Source: an uncultured Gemmatimonadales bacterium (GTDB taxonomy: Bacteria > Gemmatimonadota > Gemmatimonadetes > Gemmatimonadales > GWC2-71-9). From it: DNA of 64,000 nucleotides. The notes beneath the pieces were generated by a model. The model was not told where the DNA came from. It saw nothing but the letters and a program-made list of their open reading frames with translations, and did not search any database. Of the stretch, positions 10,619 through 19,439 are shown one piece after another. Where the stretch lies: the NCBI GenBank assembly GCA_963842945.1, contig CAWJIM010000018.1:84550-148549 (forward strand). Reading direction: 5' to 3'. Numbering within the stretch: position 1 is the first letter of the stretch; each line of letters starts with the position of its first letter. The position numbers and the translations under genes are program-made.

Positions 10619-11844
10619 ACCGGCTCCCGGCGGAGCGGAAGCGACATGCAGCGGGGGCCGCCGCCCCCGCGGGCCAGCTCGCTGCCCTCGACGGTGATCA
10701 CCGTGCGGTGCTTGGCATCGGTCCAGTCGTCGAACGCGAGAAAAGTCGCCGCGGGCAGCACCCGGAATCCCGCTGCCATCAGGGCGCACAAGGTCTGCTC
10801 GTTGCGCCGGTAGCTCACCAGGGTACCCGGCCGGACCGCCAGGAAATTGCACGCCGAGCTCCACTGTTCCCGCTCCTGATTGATCCGCCGCTCGCCGCCG
10901 GCAAACACCGGCTGGAGCGGGAGGCCGACCTGGCGCAGGGCGGCGAAGAAGTCGGGCTCTTCCGTCACACCGTCGGTGCCTTTGCGCCGGTGAATGACCG
11001 GCAGCCGCTCGGGTCCCACAAAGAACGGCGGATACACCACGCACAGCTCCTGGTCGACCTGGCTGAAGATCATGTCGAGGTGAATGGCGGTGGGGGCCTT
11101 CGGCATGACCACCACCAGCACGTCGGTGACCTGGCCCCGCTCGAAGACGGTGTCGCACAGGGTGTCCAGCGCCGCGGGCGAGGTGCGCTCGCTGAAGCCC
11201 ACGACCAGAAGGTCGGGACGGAGATAGTGCACGTCGCCCCCTTCCAGAGTGTAGTTGCTTCGCCGCTCTTCCGATCCGTCGTACAGCAGTCCGGAGTTGG
11301 CCAGTTCGGGATGAAACCGGAACAGCGCCTTGATCAACAGCTCCTCGGTCCAGCGCACGCCGTATCGCATCGAGCCGACCACCACGTGGTCGCCGATCAC
11401 CATGCCGATGTCGCGGGGGAAAAACAGGTTGGGCAGCGGTGGAAACGCAAAACCGACTTCGTTGAGGGCCCGGGCGATCGGGCCGCTCTCCTCCTCCGTC
11501 CCCTCGATCAGCATCTGCACGATCTCCTCGGCGGGAAGCGCGCTGAGCCGCTGTCCCAGCTCGTCCGAGGGGACCACGTCCATGGTCTTGCTGATCAGGA
11601 AATCGCGGCCGTCTTGTTCATGGAGGATCTCGGTCAGCAGATCCCGTACGTGATACACCCGGGCGAAACGGCGGAGCACGGAGACAAACTGGCGGTGTTC
11701 CCGCTGGGCAATCTCGAGGTCGATGATGTCGTCGTAGAGGTAGTCCTCCCGGTTGCCCGGCGTAACCGCCTCCAGCTCGCGACCGGGCGTGTGGACGAGG
11801 ACCGTTTGCAGCGGCCCGATTTCAGAGGTGACGTGAACCGACAT
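10615..11844 (-). CDS. arcA: Arginine deiminase family protein
   Basis: SEIGPL, PNLFFPRD, EGGD, HLD, GGGGPRCMS. Confidence 0.85.
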   Translation of the reverse strand: MSVHVTSEIGPLQTVLVHTPGRELEAVTPGNREDYLYDDIIDLEIAQREHRQFVSVLRRFARVYHVRDLLTEILHEQDGRDFLISKTMDVVPSDELGQRLSALPAEEIVQMLIEGTEEESGPIARALNEVGFAFPPLPNLFFPRDIGMVIGDHVVVGSMRYGVRWTEELLIKALFRFHPELANSGLLYDGSEERRSNYTLEGGDVHYLRPDLLVVGFSERTSPAALDTLCDTVFERGQVTDVLVVVMPKAPTAIHLDMIFSQVDQELCVVYPPFFVGPERLPVIHRRKGTDGVTEEPDFFAALRQVGLPLQPVFAGGERRINQEREQWSSACNFLAVRPGTLVSYRRNEQTLCALMAAGFRVLPAATFLAFDDWTDAKHRTVITVEGSELARGGGGPRCMSLPLRREPV

Positions 11845-11889
11845 ACCACAAACTATTCGGGGACCTGGAGGGAGGGGTAGGCTCCGCCG

Positions 11890-13582
11890 CTAGTGAGAGG
11901 AAGCAGGAGTTGCCGCCCCGGCGCCTCGCAGCACTTTGCCCGGCAACGCGCGGGTTGCCTTTCCCTCCGCGATCACCGGCACCCCGTTCACCAAGACCCA
12001 GCGCATGCCTGCACTCAGCTGATTGGGCTTTTCGAAAGTGGCGAGATCTCTCACGCTGTCCGGATCGAACACCACGATGTCCGCCCACATTCCGGCCTTG
12101 AGCACGCCCCGGTCGGCTAGATGCATCCGCTGGGCCGGCAGCGAGCTGAACTTGCGGATGGCATCCTCCAGGCTGAGACCGCTTCTCCTCCCGCACATAC
12201 TTCCGGAGAATCCGGGGGAAGGTGCCGTACGCCCGAGGGTGAGGGTGCTCCTGTCCCAGGATGCCATCCGGCGCGGTCCCCTCCGAGTCATTGTTGATCG
12301 AGACCCAGGGTTGCCGCAGCGCCAGGGTCACGTCGCGTTCGTCCATGCCGAAGACCGCCACCGAGGTGAAGGCGCGGTCGGCGATCAGCAGATCGAGCAA
12401 GGCGTCGAGCGGGTCGGCCTTCTTCTCCCGGGCGATGGCGCCAAGCGTCTTGCCCTGGAGCGGCAATAACTCCGGATTCTGTACCGCTCCGATCAGGATG
12501 GCATCCGGATTGGAAATCTCCTGCCACGCGTTGTTCTCCCACGAGCCCTGCGTCTCCATGTCCCGTCGGATCCTTTTCCGGGCCGCCGGGTCCTTGAGCC
12601 TTTCGATCAGCTTCTCGGTGCCGCCATCGTGCGCCCAGGGTGGCACCATGGCCGAGAGCGAGTTGAACCAGGCGGTATAGGCATAGGTGTCGGCCGCGAT
12701 GTCCACCCCCGCCTTCCGCGCCGAATCGATCTTCCCGATAACCTCCGGCATTCGTCCAAAGTTGCGCTTCCCGGCCACCTTGATGTGCCAGATCTCCACC
12801 GGCAGCTTGGCCTCCCGCCCGATTCGGATGGCTTCATCCAGGGCGGGCAGAATCTCGTCCGACTCGGACCGCATGTGGGTGGCATAGCTGCCGCCGTACC
12901 GGGAGGCTTCACTCGCCAGGGCAATCAGCTCGTCGGTTTTGGCATAGGGAGCCGGAGGGTACTGCAAGGAGGTGGAGAGCCCCATCGCTCCCTCTTCCAT
13001 GGCTTCCCGCACCAGACGGCGCATCTGCTCCAGCTCCTGCGGCGTGGGCGATCGATCGTCGTCCCCGATAACTACGCGGCGCACCTGAGTCGCACCCACA
13101 TAGTCACCCACATTGATGCCGATGCCCTGGCGTTCCAGCCGGGCAAAGTACTGGCCCAGGGTCTGCCAATCGGGTGTGATCTTGAGATGGTCGTAGACGA
13201 GGCGATCCGCGGCAATGATTCGGGCGTTCAGCGGGGCGACGCTGCTGCCTTCTCCGGTAAACTCCGTCGTGATCCCCTGAAATATCTTCGACGGCAGGTC
13301 GGGCCGGACCAGAATCGTCAGATCCGACTGACCCAGCATATCGATGAAGCCGGGAGCCACGACCATACCGCGCGCATCGATTGTCTTCCCCGCCTTCGCC
13401 CCGAGCACCGGTCCAATTGCCGCGATCTTGCCGTCGCGGATAGCGATATCGCCCGCATACCAGGGCGAGCCGGTTCCGTCGACGATGTGGCCGTTCCGGA
13501 TTACGAGGTCGTAGGATTTCTGCTGACCGGCGAGAAGAGCCGGAGTTGCAGTGATGATGAGAAGCGAGAGAAGCGCGCGCAT
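11890..13582 (-). CDS. N-acyl-D-amino-acid deacylase (amidohydrolase) with signal peptide; apparent frameshift ~12180
   Basis: DGTGSPW, APGFID, HPRAYGTFPR, then ADIVVFDP and VLVNG in a second frame. Confidence 0.88.
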
Positions 13583-13623
13583 ATCCTGGCACGGGTGAGG
13601 GTGGAGATCCACTTCAGGAGAGG

Positions 13624-14244
13624 TTAGCGGCTGGCCAGCGCGTAACTCAACGTCTCCAGCTCCAGCGCCAGGTTGACCGTCTTGACCACCACATCGTCGG
13701 GAACCGAGAGCTGCACCGGCGCGAAGTTCAGAATGGCTTTGATCCTGAGCCCCACCAGCCGATCGGTCACCCCCTGGGCCACATCACCTGGGACGACGAG
13801 CACCGCCATGTCCACTGGCCGGTGCTGCAGCTCCTTCTCCAGAGTCGCGATGTCCAGGACCGTGAGCCCGTTCCACTGCCGCCCGATCTTGGCCGGATCG
13901 CTGTCGAAGATGGCCACGATATCAAAGCCCCGCTGCTTGAATCCGCGGTACTGCACCAGCGCGCTTCCGATCTTCCCTGCCCCGATCATCCCCACCCGGT
14001 AGCGGCGCTTGAGTCCGAGGATCTCGCGCAGCCGATCCGCCAGCTCCGGGACCGGATATCCCAGCCCGCGTTTGCCAAACGATCCGAAGAACGAGAGATC
14101 CTTGCGGACCTGGGCTGAGGTCGTCCCACCTCGCGACGCCAGGGCGCCGGAGCTTACAGTACCGATACCCTGTCCTTCGAATTCTTCCAGGAAGCGGAGA
14201 TACAGCGAGAGACGACGGACAGTAGACTCGGCGACTTTGCGCAT
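13624..14244 (-). CDS. rex: Redox-sensing transcriptional repressor Rex
   Basis: RRLSLYLR, QVRKDLSFFG.FGKRGLGY, GAGKIG, ILNFAP. Confidence 0.97.
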   Translation of the reverse strand: MRKVAESTVRRLSLYLRFLEEFEGQGIGTVSSGALASRGGTTSAQVRKDLSFFGSFGKRGLGYPVPELADRLREILGLKRRYRVGMIGAGKIGSALVQYRGFKQRGFDIVAIFDSDPAKIGRQWNGLTVLDIATLEKELQHRPVDMAVLVVPGDVAQGVTDRLVGLRIKAILNFAPVQLSVPDDVVVKTVNLALELETLSYALASR

Positions 14245-14258
14245 GCAGCGTTGGCTTT

Positions 14259-14276
14259 ATGTGAAATGTTTCACAA
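14259..14276. promoter_or_regulatory. Rex operator
   Basis: ATGTGAA-ATGT-TTCACAA against the consensus TTGTGAA-N4-TTCACAA (one mismatch). Confidence 0.85.
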
Positions 14277-14304
14277 AGTTACCGCCTCTGCCACCCTCCG
14301 TCAA
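14276..14304 (-). promoter_or_regulatory. Sigma70-type promoter of rex (within the rsmA 3' end)
   Basis: TTGACG-17 nt-TAACTT abutting the Rex box. Confidence 0.65.
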
Positions 14305-15073
14305 CGAGTGCATGGTGAAGCCTCACGAAATCAGCGGGACTCAGCATTTCCGGCCTGGCGGTTGGATCTATGGCCGCACGCTCGAGTCGTTCTCCCGCCC
14401 GAGCGGGCTCCCATCCGGTGAGCTCCCGAACCCCGCGGTGGAGCTGCTTCCGCCGAAATCCGAACAGACCTACGACCATCGCCCGAAAGCTGTGCTGCTG
14501 ACCCAGCGGGATCAGCGGCTGCTCCAGCGGGGTGAGACGAAGCACCGCCGAGTCGACTTGCGGCCGGGGATGAAACGCTCCCGCGGAAACAGAAAACAAA
14601 CGCTCGGCCCTGGCGACGGCCTGCACTCCGATACTGAGTGCGCCATAGGCCGATGTTCCGGGGCGAGCCGTTACCCGCTCGGCCACTTCCTTCTGCAGCA
14701 GAAAGACGATGCGGCGGGGGAGCGGAGGAGTAAGCGCCTTGTCCAGCAGCGGTGACGTGATGTTGTAAGGGATGTTTCCGGCGACGAGATAGGGCCCCCC
14801 TGCGATGCTCCCCCAATCGACTTTGAGCGCGTCGGCCTCGACCAGCTCGACGGAGGGAAACCGCGAGCGGAGCGGAGCAATGAGGTCGCGGTCCTTCTCT
14901 ATGGCAATGACCCGCGCTGCTCTGCTCACAAGTGCGGCGGTGAGGCTGCCCGGACCGGGGCCGATTTCGAGTACGGTCTCGTCCGGCCTGGCCTCGAGTG
15001 CGTCGGCGATGCGGGCCAGAATGCCGGGGTCGGAAAGAAAGTGCTGACCCAGGCGGCGCTTCGCCCGGGGCAC
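14279..15073 (-). CDS. rsmA: 16S rRNA dimethyladenosine transferase
   Basis: LGQHFL, VLEIGPGPG, GNIPYNIT, QKEVAER, P.VDSA. Confidence 0.96.
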   Translation of the reverse strand: MPRAKRRLGQHFLSDPGILARIADALEARPDETVLEIGPGPGSLTAALVSRAARVIAIEKDRDLIAPLRSRFPSVELVEADALKVDWGSIAGGPYLVAGNIPYNITSPLLDKALTPPLPRRIVFLLQKEVAERVTARPGTSAYGALSIGVQAVARAERLFSVSAGAFHPRPQVDSAVLRLTPLEQPLIPLGQQHSFRAMVVGLFGFRRKQLHRGVRELTGWEPARAGERLERAAIDPTARPEMLSPADFVRLHHALVDGGWQRR

Positions 15074-15074
15074 G

Positions 15075-16637
15075 TCAGATCCGCAGGACCAACAGCGTGC
15101 GATCGTCGATCGGATCCCCACCGAAGGACTCGGCATCTGCCAGGGCGGCGTTGACGATCGACTCAACCGGCTCGGTGCGGTGGGCCGCGAGGCTGGCGAG
15201 CAGCCGCTCCTCTCCGTAGGCCTCGCCCGCCTCGTTCCGGGCGTCAACTAGGCCATCGGTCCAGAGCGCCAACAGGTCGTCTCCCGGAATCCAAGGCACC
15301 TGGCGGCGCTGTATCGTGCCCATCGCGGCGAGACCCAGCGGAGGCGCCGTGGCCTCGAGCCGTTCGGGCGGCCCGGAACGCGGAATCCGGAACGCGTGCG
15401 GGTGCCCTGCGCTGGCGTAGGACAGCCGCCGGCCGCTAGGGTCGAGCACCCCGTAGAACACACTGAAATGCATTTCCGTCGTGGCCAGCTCAGTGGCCAG
15501 GCTCTCGAGCAGCGCCGTGAGGGTCTCGTCCGGTGTGGTTTCGGCGGCGGCGTGGATGCCCGCGGCAGACATCACCAGCGCCATCACCAGAGCGGCGGAG
15601 AACCCGTGCGAGGCCACGTCGCCCAGCATGACGCCAACCCGGCCCCGTCCCAAGCGACTGAAGGTGTAGAAATCACCCCCGACCGAATCGGCCGGCAGAC
15701 ATCGCGCCGCCACCTCGGCGTCTCCCTGAAGCACGGAAGGAGAGGGCAGCAGCTTCAGCTGGAGATCGTGCGCCAGCTCCAGCTCCCGCTGCAGCCGCTG
15801 CTGCTGCAGGTCTCGGTCGACCAGCCGGGCGTTCTCGACGGCCGCACCAATCTGGTTGGCCACCGCACCCACCAGCTTCCGGTCGTCCAGGGTGAAGCGG
15901 TCTCCACCGATGCGGTCGGTCAGGTTGATTACGCCGACGCAGCGAAGTGCGGCCCCGTCGGTGCCATAGCAGATCGGCACGCTGATGAACGAGTGCCCCC
16001 GGTAGCCCCGGGCATCGCCACACTCGGGCGCCACGGAGTCGGGATTGGTTGGGTCGAAGGTGATGATCCGCTGCTCCCGAAAGACCCGGGCCGCCACCGA
16101 GCACTCGTCATCCACTTCGACGGGATCCAGGCCGTGTGTGGCAAAGCCCCGTGCCGCGGCGGTTCGGAGCGTGCGGGTGGCATCTTCATAGACCATGATC
16201 GATGCCCGGCGCGCGCCCACCACCGCGCTCACCTCCCGCACGATGATCTGTGCCGCCTCCTCCAGCCGTACGGTGCGCCCCAGGATTTCGCTGATGGCAT
16301 AGAGGAGATCGATTTCCTCGTAGCGGCCGGCCAGTTCTTCCGCCACGTAGGCCCGCTGCCGTTCCGATTCGAGAAGCGCACCCACTACCGGGCTGACCCG
16401 CTGGGCCGCGCGCTCCAGCCCTGCGACATCGCCGTCGGCGATTTCCAGCCATACACCGGGTGCGCCCGGGACCGGCTGGAGCCAGGCCTGACCCTCCGTG
16501 GTCCTGGTGAGCCCTGGCTTGGCCGGAAGGACAAGCGACCATCCGGGGTCGGCCCCGGCGACGACCCGGAGACTTCGCTGATCGGCACGCCAGAGCCGCA
16601 CCCGTCCGTGGACGAGCGCGCCCAATGCGTGCAGCAC
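15075..16637 (-). CDS. GAF + PP2C/SpoIIE serine phosphatase (RsbU-like)
   Basis: GAF region, VGGDFY, GDVASHG, SAGHP, TDGL, DDRT. Confidence 0.9.
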   Translation of the reverse strand: MLHALGALVHGRVRLWRADQRSLRVVAGADPGWSLVLPAKPGLTRTTEGQAWLQPVPGAPGVWLEIADGDVAGLERAAQRVSPVVGALLESERQRAYVAEELAGRYEEIDLLYAISEILGRTVRLEEAAQIIVREVSAVVGARRASIMVYEDATRTLRTAAARGFATHGLDPVEVDDECSVAARVFREQRIITFDPTNPDSVAPECGDARGYRGHSFISVPICYGTDGAALRCVGVINLTDRIGGDRFTLDDRKLVGAVANQIGAAVENARLVDRDLQQQRLQRELELAHDLQLKLLPSPSVLQGDAEVAARCLPADSVGGDFYTFSRLGRGRVGVMLGDVASHGFSAALVMALVMSAAGIHAAAETTPDETLTALLESLATELATTEMHFSVFYGVLDPSGRRLSYASAGHPHAFRIPRSGPPERLEATAPPLGLAAMGTIQRRQVPWIPGDDLLALWTDGLVDARNEAGEAYGEERLLASLAAHRTEPVESIVNAALADAESFGGDPIDDRTLLVLRI

Positions 16638-16651
16638 GTGATCGAGGCGCC

Positions 16652-17116
16652 CTACCAGCGGCGCAGTATCATGCAGATGGAGTTCCCCTGCGCGTTGAAC
16701 TGAACAGCGTCGACGAGCTTGCGAATCAGGAAAAGGCCACGCCCGCTTGCCTCGTCGAGCTGCTCCGGACGAAGTGGCTCGGGTATGGTGGAGGGATCGA
16801 ACCCAGGCCCTTCGTCGGTGACATAGACGCTAATGGCTTCGGGCCCCAGCTCGGCCCGAACGTCCACCCACTTGTTGCAGTCTTCGCAGTTGCCCCGCAC
16901 GATGGCATTGCTGAGTGCCTCGGAGAGCACGACACGGAGCCGAAAGCGGACGCTCTCGGTGGCCTCGTGCCCGGCCAGGCAGTGGCGGGTGACCAGCTCG
17001 ACTGCCTCTTCGATGCAGTTGACGTCGCTCGGAAGCCGCAGCGTTACCAGGGTTGCGGCCTCGCGCGAGTCCGGCACCGCGGTGCGGCGGACGCAAAGAC
17101 GAAGCGGCGAGGTCAT
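16652..17116 (-). CDS. RsbW-like anti-sigma factor / Ser kinase
   Basis: EALSNAIVRG, DEGPGFD, GRGLFLI (HATPase_c_2-type motifs). Confidence 0.88.
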   Translation of the reverse strand: MTSPLRLCVRRTAVPDSREAATLVTLRLPSDVNCIEEAVELVTRHCLAGHEATESVRFRLRVVLSEALSNAIVRGNCEDCNKWVDVRAELGPEAISVYVTDEGPGFDPSTIPEPLRPEQLDEASGRGLFLIRKLVDAVQFNAQGNSICMILRRW

Positions 17117-17125
17117 GCCCTGGAA

Positions 17126-17461
17126 TTAAAAGCTGGACAGGGCCTGCTCGGGAGTCTCCGTGATGGCGAACAGGGTGTCCAGCTTGGTCAATTCGAACAA
17201 TGAGCGGAGGTCGTCGTTGAGGCCGGAGAGACGAAGCTCCCCTCCAGCTTCGCGAATCCGCTTGGAGACGGAGACCAGCGCGCCGAGACCCGACGAGTCG
17301 ATATAGCCGGTCCGGGAGAAATCCACCAGCAGCCGCCGGTCTCCGCGATCCAGCGCCGTCTGGACCAGATCCTTGAGCTCGTGCCGATTCCCGATAATCA
17401 GTTGTCCATCCACTTTGACGACGGTGACGCCGCCCGAGTCCTTGCTTTCGCTGAACCCCAT
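17126..17461 (-). CDS. STAS anti-anti-sigma factor (RsbV-like)
   Basis: YIDSSGLGALV...LFELTKLD. Confidence 0.92.
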   Translation of the reverse strand: MGFSESKDSGGVTVVKVDGQLIIGNRHELKDLVQTALDRGDRRLLVDFSRTGYIDSSGLGALVSVSKRIREAGGELRLSGLNDDLRSLFELTKLDTLFAITETPEQALSSF

Positions 17462-17479
17462 CCCGGTTAGTCCCTCACT

Positions 17480-18411
17480 TCATGGTTCTCCGCACTGCAA
17501 CGCCACCATTGCGGTGACCTCGACAATATCGTCCGCGGTGGCGCCCCGCGACAGGTCGGCCATGGGCCGGGCCAGCCCCTGAAGGATGGGGCCAATGGCG
17601 ATGGCGCCTCCCAAACGCTGGACCAGTTTGTAGCCGATGTTGCCGGCATCGAGATCCGGAAAGACCAGAACATTGGCCCGTCCGGCGACCGCGGAGCCGG
17701 GCGCCTTTCGCTCCCCCACCTCCGGACTCAGTGCCGCATCGGCCTGGAGCTCTCCGTCGCACAGGATGTTTGGGGCCAGCTGCTGAAAATGGGCGGCCGC
17801 CTCCTGTACCCGGGCCACGTGGGGTCCACCCGCACTCCCTTTGGTACTATAAGAGAGAAAGGCCACCCGGGGCGAGTCTCCCACCAGCCGGTGGCGATCG
17901 CGGGCAGCGGCAAGCGCGATTTCGGCCAGCTGGCCCGGCGTTGGTTCCGGCACCACGGCACAGTCGGTGAAAGTGAGGACCGTGTCACTTCCGGATAGTA
18001 CCATATAAAAGGAAGAGCTCACCAGACTCATTCCCGGCGCCGTGCCGATGGCCCACAGTGCCGCCCGAACCACCTCGCCTGTGGGATATACCGCGCCGGC
18101 GACACAGCCGTCGGCTTCACCCAATGCCACGAGCGCCGCGCCGAAGTTGACCGGATCGGCCGCGACATCGAGGGCGTGGACTCCGTCTCGAATCCGATCC
18201 GGCCTCCGCTCTCGGAGAAACGTGGCGATTTTCCCCAGCCGCGGGTCCTTGGCCGGATCCAGGCCGTCTCCCCCAGAACGATCGGCTCGACCACCTTCCT
18301 GGCCCGAAGCTGCTCGATCGCGCTGCGCACCCGCGCGTCCTCGCCCTCACAAAGGACCACCCGGGCCTTCCGGCGGGCGGCGCGGTCGATCAGCTGGCCT
18401 CGGAAGCTCAC
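17480..18411 (-). CDS. pta: Phosphate acetyltransferase (short form); apparent frameshift ~18270
   Basis: VVLCEGEDARV, LSYSTKGS, DGELQADAA, FPDLDAGNIGYKL, DLSRG. Confidence 0.9.
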
Positions 18412-18890
18412 GAGCGAAACCGCCGGCCCAAGGCCTTGGCTACAGCCGGATGCACCAGGGGGCTCACGTCTCCACCGAAGCGGGCGACTTCGCGCACCAG
18501 GCTCGAGCTCAGATAGGTCAGGTCCACCGCCGGCACCAGGAATACCGTTTCCAGTGAAGGGTGGAGCTGGCGATTCATCAACGCCATCTGGGTCTCGTAC
18601 TCGAAGTCGCTCACCGCCCGCAGGCCTCGAATGATGATGGTGGCGCCCACCCCCTTGGCGAACTCCGCCAGCAACCCGTCAAAGGACTCGAAGGACACCC
18701 GCTGATCGTTACCGACCGCGGCCCGCAGCATGTCCAACCGCTCCTCCACCGAGAAGAGCGGCTGCTTCATCAGGTTTACCGCCACGGCAACGATCAGCCG
18801 GTCGGCCAGTCCCAGGCTGCGCCGAACCAAATCTTCGTGGCCCCGGGTGGGCGGATCGAAGGAGCCGGGATAGACCGCGATGCGGGTCAT
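18408..18890 (-). CDS. coaD: Phosphopantetheine adenylyltransferase
   Basis: YPGSFDPPTRGH, RGLRAVSDFEYE, SSSLVRE. Confidence 0.97.
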   Translation of the reverse strand: MTRIAVYPGSFDPPTRGHEDLVRRSLGLADRLIVAVAVNLMKQPLFSVEERLDMLRAAVGNDQRVSFESFDGLLAEFAKGVGATIIIRGLRAVSDFEYETQMALMNRQLHPSLETVFLVPAVDLTYLSSSLVREVARFGGDVSPLVHPAVAKALGRRFRS

Positions 18891-19402
18891 GAGGCGTGAC
18901 AGAAGGTGATGGCTGTATCGCCGTAGCGCCGGGTGTCGTCGCCGGCGAGCTGGAGACCGGCCCGGTGCTCGACGGAAAGCATGCGGGCGAAGGGACGGCG
19001 GCGGAAGAGCTGCACGAGCTGTGCAGCGTAATCGATGGTGTACGGCGGATCGGCCAGGACGACATCGAAGGCGTGCTCCGGCAGCCGCTGGACGAAGCGG
19101 ATGGCATCACCCCGGTGTACCGTCACCCGGTCATCTACGCCGAGGGCAGCGATATTGCTCTCCAATGCTTTGAGCGACGGGGGATTCAGCTCCACGAAGG
19201 TGGCCGAGCCGGCTCCGCGAGACAAGGCTTCAAGGCCAAGCGCTCCACTGCCGGCAAACAGATCGAGTACCCGCGCGCCCTCCAGCGCGTCACCCAGGAT
19301 ACTCATCCACGCCTCGCGCACCCGGTCGGAGGTTGGGCGGACCCGGGCGTCCTTGGGGGCCGCCAGTTTCCGTCCGCCAAACTGACCCCCCACAACTCTC
19401 AC
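18887..19402 (-). CDS. rsmD: 16S rRNA m2G966 methyltransferase
   Basis: RPTSDRVREA, LDLFAGSGALGLEALSRGA, DPPY. Confidence 0.95.
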   Translation of the reverse strand: MRVVGGQFGGRKLAAPKDARVRPTSDRVREAWMSILGDALEGARVLDLFAGSGALGLEALSRGAGSATFVELNPPSLKALESNIAALGVDDRVTVHRGDAIRFVQRLPEHAFDVVLADPPYTIDYAAQLVQLFRRRPFARMLSVEHRAGLQLAGDDTRRYGDTAITFCHAS

Positions 19403-19405
19403 TAT

Positions 19406-19435
19406 CCTTTGTGTCCTTTGTGCCTTTGTGGTGAA
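19406..19435. repeat. Short tandem repeat of CCTTTGTG(T), three units
   Basis: CCTTTGTGT-CCTTTGTG-CCTTTGTG-GTGAA fills the recJ-rsmD gap. Confidence 0.7.
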
Positions 19436-19439
19436 GATT

